From contig JARHYD010000027.1 of assembly GCA_029258655.1 (NCBI GenBank), positions 5,630-69,629 of the forward strand: 64,000 nucleotides of DNA. Reading direction: 5' to 3'. This DNA comes from Mailhella sp. (GTDB taxonomy: Bacteria; Desulfobacterota; Desulfovibrionia; Desulfovibrionales; Desulfovibrionaceae). The translations under genes and the position numbers were made by a program. Every line of letters begins with the position of its first letter. Positions within the stretch are counted from its first letter, which is position 1. Below are positions 60,339 through 64,000 of the stretch, piece after piece. A model generated the notes under the pieces. That model saw nothing but the letters and a program-made list of their open reading frames with translations. It did not search any database and was not told where the DNA came from.

Positions 60339-61103
60339 TTATCCTAATATGGTACAGCCATCTTTTAAATTATTAAGTTTAGAACAAAAATCAAGAGTTC
60401 TAGTTTTTGCTCCTTCAGCTAGCAAAATTTTAGGGGAATCTTGTTCAATAATAATGCCATGTTCCATAAATAAAACTTCAGTAGCTAGAGAGCGAACAAA
60501 ATCCATTTGGTGGGTTGCCATTATCATTGGCATTCCATTTTTTGCTAGATCATTAATAACGAGTAATACTTCACCTACAAGTTCTGGATCTAAAGCACTT
60601 GTGGGTTCATCTAATAAAAGAATTTTGGGATCCATTGCTAATGCCCTAGCAATAGCTACACGTTGTTTTTGTCCACCAGATAATTGTGCTGGGTATAAAC
60701 CTGCTCTATTAGAAAGCCCTACTCTATCTAATTCTTTTCTTGCACGTTTTTGTGCTTCTGTTTTTGAGAGCTTATGGACTTTTATTAAAGCTAAACAAAT
60801 ATTATCTAATGCTGTTAGGTGATCAAAAAGATTAAAATCTTGGAATATCATTCCCACATTTTGGCGTAAGTGACATAATTCTTTATTATTATTGGTATTA
60901 ATTTTTTTTCCTTCAAGATAAATTTCTCCATGATCAGGGGCAATAAGATGATTAATACATTGCAAAAGTGTACTTTTTCCTGCACCAGAAGGTCCAATTA
61001 ATACTTTTAAATCACCTGCATTCATATCTAATGAAATATTATCAAGAATTTTTCTGTTACCTAATGTGACAGAAATATTTTTTGCACTAAGAAGTGTAGT
61101 CAT
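60339..61103 (-). CDS. Amino acid ABC transporter ATP-binding protein
   Basis: Walker A is GPSGAGKST, the signature is LSGGQKQR and Walker B is LLLDEPTSALD. Confidence 0.9.
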   Translation of the reverse strand: MTTLLSAKNISVTLGNRKILDNISLDMNAGDLKVLIGPSGAGKSTLLQCINHLIAPDHGEIYLEGKKINTNNNKELCHLRQNVGMIFQDFNLFDHLTALDNICLALIKVHKLSKTEAQKRARKELDRVGLSNRAGLYPAQLSGGQKQRVAIARALAMDPKILLLDEPTSALDPELVGEVLLVINDLAKNGMPMIMATHQMDFVRSLATEVLFMEHGIIIEQDSPKILLAEGAKTRTLDFCSKLNNLKDGCTILG

Positions 61104-61125
61104 ACTATATCCTAATAGCTATTCT

Positions 61126-61866
61126 TTATACAGAAAGTGTATATCCTGGAATAGCATATTTTTTTTCAATAAAACGCAAAATTCTAATACCAATAAGGGT
61201 AATAAGAAAATATAAAAAACCTGCAACAATATAAAGAGGCAAATATTCATAGGTTCGTGAAGCAACAAAATGTGTACGTGCCATAATTTCAGAAGCTCCA
61301 ACGGCAAAACAAAGAGTAGAGTCTTTTAAAAGGATAGAATATTCATTTGACCAACCGGGGATAGAAAGCCGTAATGCTTGTGGTAAGATAATATTTTTTA
61401 TAATTTGAAAATTTGTCATACCAAGAGCAGAACCTGCTTTAAATTGTCCTAAAGGAAGAGATTGTATTGAACCTCTAAAAATTTGAGATTGGTAGGCAGA
61501 ACTTGTTAATCCTAAAACAAGTCCAGATGCTGTGAGGGCATCAAGATTAAGACCAATTAGATTAAAAAGTCCAAAGTAAAAAAGAAACAATAATAATAAA
61601 ATGGGAACACCACGAAAAAACCAAACATAAAGTGCTACAATTTGACGAATAAAACGATTTCCATATACTTGTAAAATAGCTAAAGGCACACCAAGACAAA
61701 AGCCAAGTGCCAATGCTCCTAAAATAAGTAAAACTGTTGTATATGTTCCTTCTAAGATATAAGGAAGATTTATATAGATAGTTTTTATTGTTTCCACGAA
61801 TAGTCCAATATTATTTAAAATAAAAATGGCAAAAACAAAAGTTTTGCACATAGTTGACCGTATCAA
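61126..61866 (-). CDS. Amino acid ABC transporter permease
   Basis: It is a paralogue of 59648-60334 (LGQFKAGSALGMTNFQIIKNIILPQA). Confidence 0.85.
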   Translation of the reverse strand: MIRSTMCKTFVFAIFILNNIGLFVETIKTIYINLPYILEGTYTTVLLILGALALGFCLGVPLAILQVYGNRFIRQIVALYVWFFRGVPILLLLFLFYFGLFNLIGLNLDALTASGLVLGLTSSAYQSQIFRGSIQSLPLGQFKAGSALGMTNFQIIKNIILPQALRLSIPGWSNEYSILLKDSTLCFAVGASEIMARTHFVASRTYEYLPLYIVAGFLYFLITLIGIRILRFIEKKYAIPGYTLSV

Positions 61867-61889
61867 AAAATGATACGGTCAAGAAAAAT

Positions 61890-62633
61890 TTATTTTGCAT
61901 TTAAATATTTTACATTTAATTCTTGCCAAAATGGATCTTTTTTAAGAAGAACATATCCTTCATTAATAAGTTTTAAAAGTTCTTCATTATCTTTGTTAAC
62001 GGCAACACCAAAATCATCACCTTCTGCGTATGTTCCAATAATTTTGATTGCTTTACCATTTTTAATTGCATCTTCAGCAGGTGCACTATCAATAGCAATA
62101 GCATCAATACGACCATTTAAAAGATCTTCAATACTCATAGGTGGTGAATCATAAAGACGTAATTTAATTGCTAAATCTTCATCATCAATACGAGTTTGCA
62201 AAAGGTCGTGTTCATTGGTACCACGTTGTACACCAAGTGTATATTTTCCTTTAAAGAGTTCTTCGATTGTAAGAGTCGAATCTGTATTTACAGCAATATA
62301 TTTTTTAATAGAATAATATGGTTCAGAAAAATTAACTGCTTGTTTTCTTTCTGGAGACATACTCATTCCAGAACAGATCATATCAATTTTTTTTGCTTGT
62401 AATGCAGGGATAATACCATCCCAGTTAATAGGCATATGTTGAACTTCAAATCCCATTTTTTGGGCAATCCAATTCATTGACTCTATGTCAAAACCTGTTG
62501 GTTTACCATCTTCTCCAATAAATGCAAAAGGTGGGTAGTTTGCATCTATCCCATTAATATACGTTTTTGCTTGTGCAGTGGAACTTGCAAATAAAAGCAA
62601 AAGGGCAATTACCAATGAGGAAAAGCTTTTCAT
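61890..62633 (-). CDS. Amino acid ABC transporter substrate-binding protein (family 3)
   Basis: It has a signal peptide, YPPFAF..., and GFDIE...DMICSGMS. Confidence 0.85.
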   Translation of the reverse strand: MKSFSSLVIALLLLFASSTAQAKTYINGIDANYPPFAFIGEDGKPTGFDIESMNWIAQKMGFEVQHMPINWDGIIPALQAKKIDMICSGMSMSPERKQAVNFSEPYYSIKKYIAVNTDSTLTIEELFKGKYTLGVQRGTNEHDLLQTRIDDEDLAIKLRLYDSPPMSIEDLLNGRIDAIAIDSAPAEDAIKNGKAIKIIGTYAEGDDFGVAVNKDNEELLKLINEGYVLLKKDPFWQELNVKYLNAK

Positions 62634-62783
62634 AACATCTCCTAAAAGTTAAGGTTAAAGAAGTTCAACGATTAAAAATATTGTTATTTTTAAACAAAAA
62701 ATAGTATATATGAAAGTCCTTGTCATTGCAACTTGTTTATTTTATACTTTATAAATAGATTTTAAAGATGGAGAATAACGATT

Positions 62784-63362
62784 ATGAAACAATTACAAAG
62801 TATTTTACGTCGTTTTCCTTTGTTAATAGCAAGCCTTGTGCTTTGTATTGTGGCGTTATTTTCTGATAATGATAAAAAATCAGAAGGACTTGGCTTGGAA
62901 GATATGTTACCAACTATGGAACAAGAAAAAGGTCTAAGCCATGATAGAGTTTTTGTTCGTAAAGTTTTTGATGGTGATACATTAAATGTTCAAAATGAAA
63001 ATGGTAATATTGTAAAAGTTCGTTTATATGGCATAGATGCACCAGAAAAAAGTCAACCTTTTGCTAATAAAGCTAGAGAGTTTGTTTATAATCAAACGAA
63101 AGGAAAAGAATTTACCATAGAAATACATGATATAGATAAATATGGACGACAAGTTGTTGTTTTATATGATGAAAATGGAATATCTTTACAAGAGGAAATT
63201 TTGGCTCAAGGTTTTGCTTGGGTTCATCCTTATTTTTGCCATGATCTAATGATTTGCCCAAGTTATGAAAAAGCAGAATATGAAGCTCGTGAAGAAGGCT
63301 TAGGCTTATGGCAAGACAAAAATCCAGAAGCTCCATGGGAATTTAAAAAAAGAAATAAATAA
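62784..63362 (+). CDS. Secreted or membrane-anchored thermonuclease (SNase-like)
   Basis: It has an N-terminal anchor and VFDGDTLNV...VRLYGIDAPE...GR...A...GLW, the staphylococcal nuclease motifs. Confidence 0.85.
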   Translation: MKQLQSILRRFPLLIASLVLCIVALFSDNDKKSEGLGLEDMLPTMEQEKGLSHDRVFVRKVFDGDTLNVQNENGNIVKVRLYGIDAPEKSQPFANKAREFVYNQTKGKEFTIEIHDIDKYGRQVVVLYDENGISLQEEILAQGFAWVHPYFCHDLMICPSYEKAEYEAREEGLGLWQDKNPEAPWEFKKRNK

Positions 63363-63568
63363 GGTGTGTTTCTACATTAATTTTATTCTATTTTTTCTTT
63401 GGGGTTACACTGCTTTTATCCGTAATTTCCTTTGTCGTAACGGCTAAAGCGAAATGATTTTTTCCAAGCCCTCCCCAAATCAGGCAAATTTATTGAAAAA
63501 TGTTTTAATAAATTTATCTATTTTAGGGTATTAGGGTGGGTTTCTAAATTAATTTTTTATTTTTCTTG
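63363..63568 (+). repeat. Repeat locus R10: TIR-like end, P1 split by nested 46-nt hairpin (63405-63450), decayed P2 (63469-63528), second TIR-like motif (63530-63550)
   Basis: It has the same architecture as R7. The second TIR-like motif points towards the GC-rich block that follows. Confidence 0.85.
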
Positions 63569-63619
63569 TTTATATAATATTTTCTTATTTATTCTACTAT
63601 TACATAGTATCACGTTTTA

Positions 63620-63960
63620 TAAGGGTTTTCCCCCCTTTAACCCGAGCAGGGGGAAATCCTTCCTAGCGTTGCTGTCTATTTCTCTAAACCTTGTAAACTT
63701 GGTGTAAGGGAAACGATTTCGTCGCCCTTTGGGTAGCAGCTCTCACCCTCGCTTTAGCCGTTGTGACGCAGGAAGCTACGAATAAAGGCAGCAATTAGTT
63801 ACGCTAAATAATATACATAAACCGCTGTCGCTATCCGTAAAGCTCATTCTTCGCCAACGGCTACCGCTGCCGTCCCAAGCAATGCCCTCCCAAGAGTTCT
63901 TTTTGGTACACACTCTTTTAGCAAGTCGCTGTGTTCCTCGCTTTTAGAGAGTGAAATTTA
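63620..63960. ncRNA. GC-rich non-coding block: candidate structured RNA and/or 5' part of a larger repeat-related element (class unknown)
   Basis: It is ~50% GC against ~25-30% in the neighbouring spacers. No ORF of 60 aa or more is present in any frame. It has a strong hairpin (63622-63634 / 63649-63660) and a long-range pairing (63664-63674 with 63789-63806). A GC-rich homologue of the nested hairpin lies at 63751-63793. Confidence 0.35.
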
Positions 63961-64000
63961 TGAGTCAGTGACTTTATGAAAATATTTTTTGTTTTATCCG

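Noticed and set aside
5321-63568. Whether the dispersed palindromic repeats form a CRISPR array.
   Set aside because: The copies are kilobases apart in different intergenic regions. There is no regular repeat-spacer periodicity, the modules are heterogeneous, and no cas genes are present.
63405-63793. Whether the inverted pair 63405-63450 / 63751-63793 is a diversity-generating retroelement TR/VR pair.
   Set aside because: The mismatches are not adenine-specific (they include C/T and G/A changes in both directions). The pair is inverted rather than direct, and neither copy lies in the 3' end of a target gene.
63620-63960. Whether the GC-rich block is tmRNA or RNase P RNA. Both are the right size, and smpB is in the window.
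   Set aside because: Neither strand shows the RNase P core (GAGGAAAGTCC, ACAGAACCCGGCTTA-like), a tRNA-like GGTTCGA T-arm with a CCA end, or a plausible Ala-rich tag reading frame. The block extends to the window edge, so only a full covariance search can settle it.

Overview
AT-rich bacterial chromosome segment, roughly one-third GC by eye. Gene content and protein motifs fit a small-genome Desulfovibrionaceae, possibly Lawsonia-like: the EF-Tu sequence, a CobA/HemD fusion, flgM, tatAC-hisB-hisA. This assignment was made by eye with no database search. The window is mostly housekeeping. It holds smpB-rsmI-yraN-rnhB-rplS, trmD-rimM-KH, uvrC, purE/purD/purN, guaBA, lysS-lolCD-bamA and tRNA(Thr-Tyr-Gly)-tuf-rpmG-tRNA(Trp)-secE-nusG-rplKAJL. 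It also holds proB-obg-rpmA-rplU, tyrS, ctpA and lepA with an amino-acid ABC transporter. One accessory-looking cassette sits at 1-5279: a GltS-like symporter, an epoxide hydrolase, a PuuC-like aldehyde dehydrogenase and a GntR regulator with a DctP-like sensor domain. The most unusual content is non-coding. (i) A conserved two-hairpin module lies just downstream of six unrelated genes, always in the same orientation, with compensatory stem changes. (ii) A MITE-like family about 260 bp long has terminal inverted repeats and two strong palindromes. It occurs at about 9 loci and, together with (i), covers about 2.8 kb. (iii) A 46-nt hairpin is nested inside one of those palindromes at two loci. 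(iv) A 340-nt GC-rich non-coding block at 63620-63960 contains a GC-rich relative of the nested hairpin. It is preceded by a repeat-type terminal motif and abuts an ORF start at the window edge. It may be a structured RNA and/or the left end of a larger parent element. No CRISPR array, transposase, restriction-modification or toxin-antitoxin genes were recognised. All family assignments are by eye from motifs and need HMM/BLAST confirmation.
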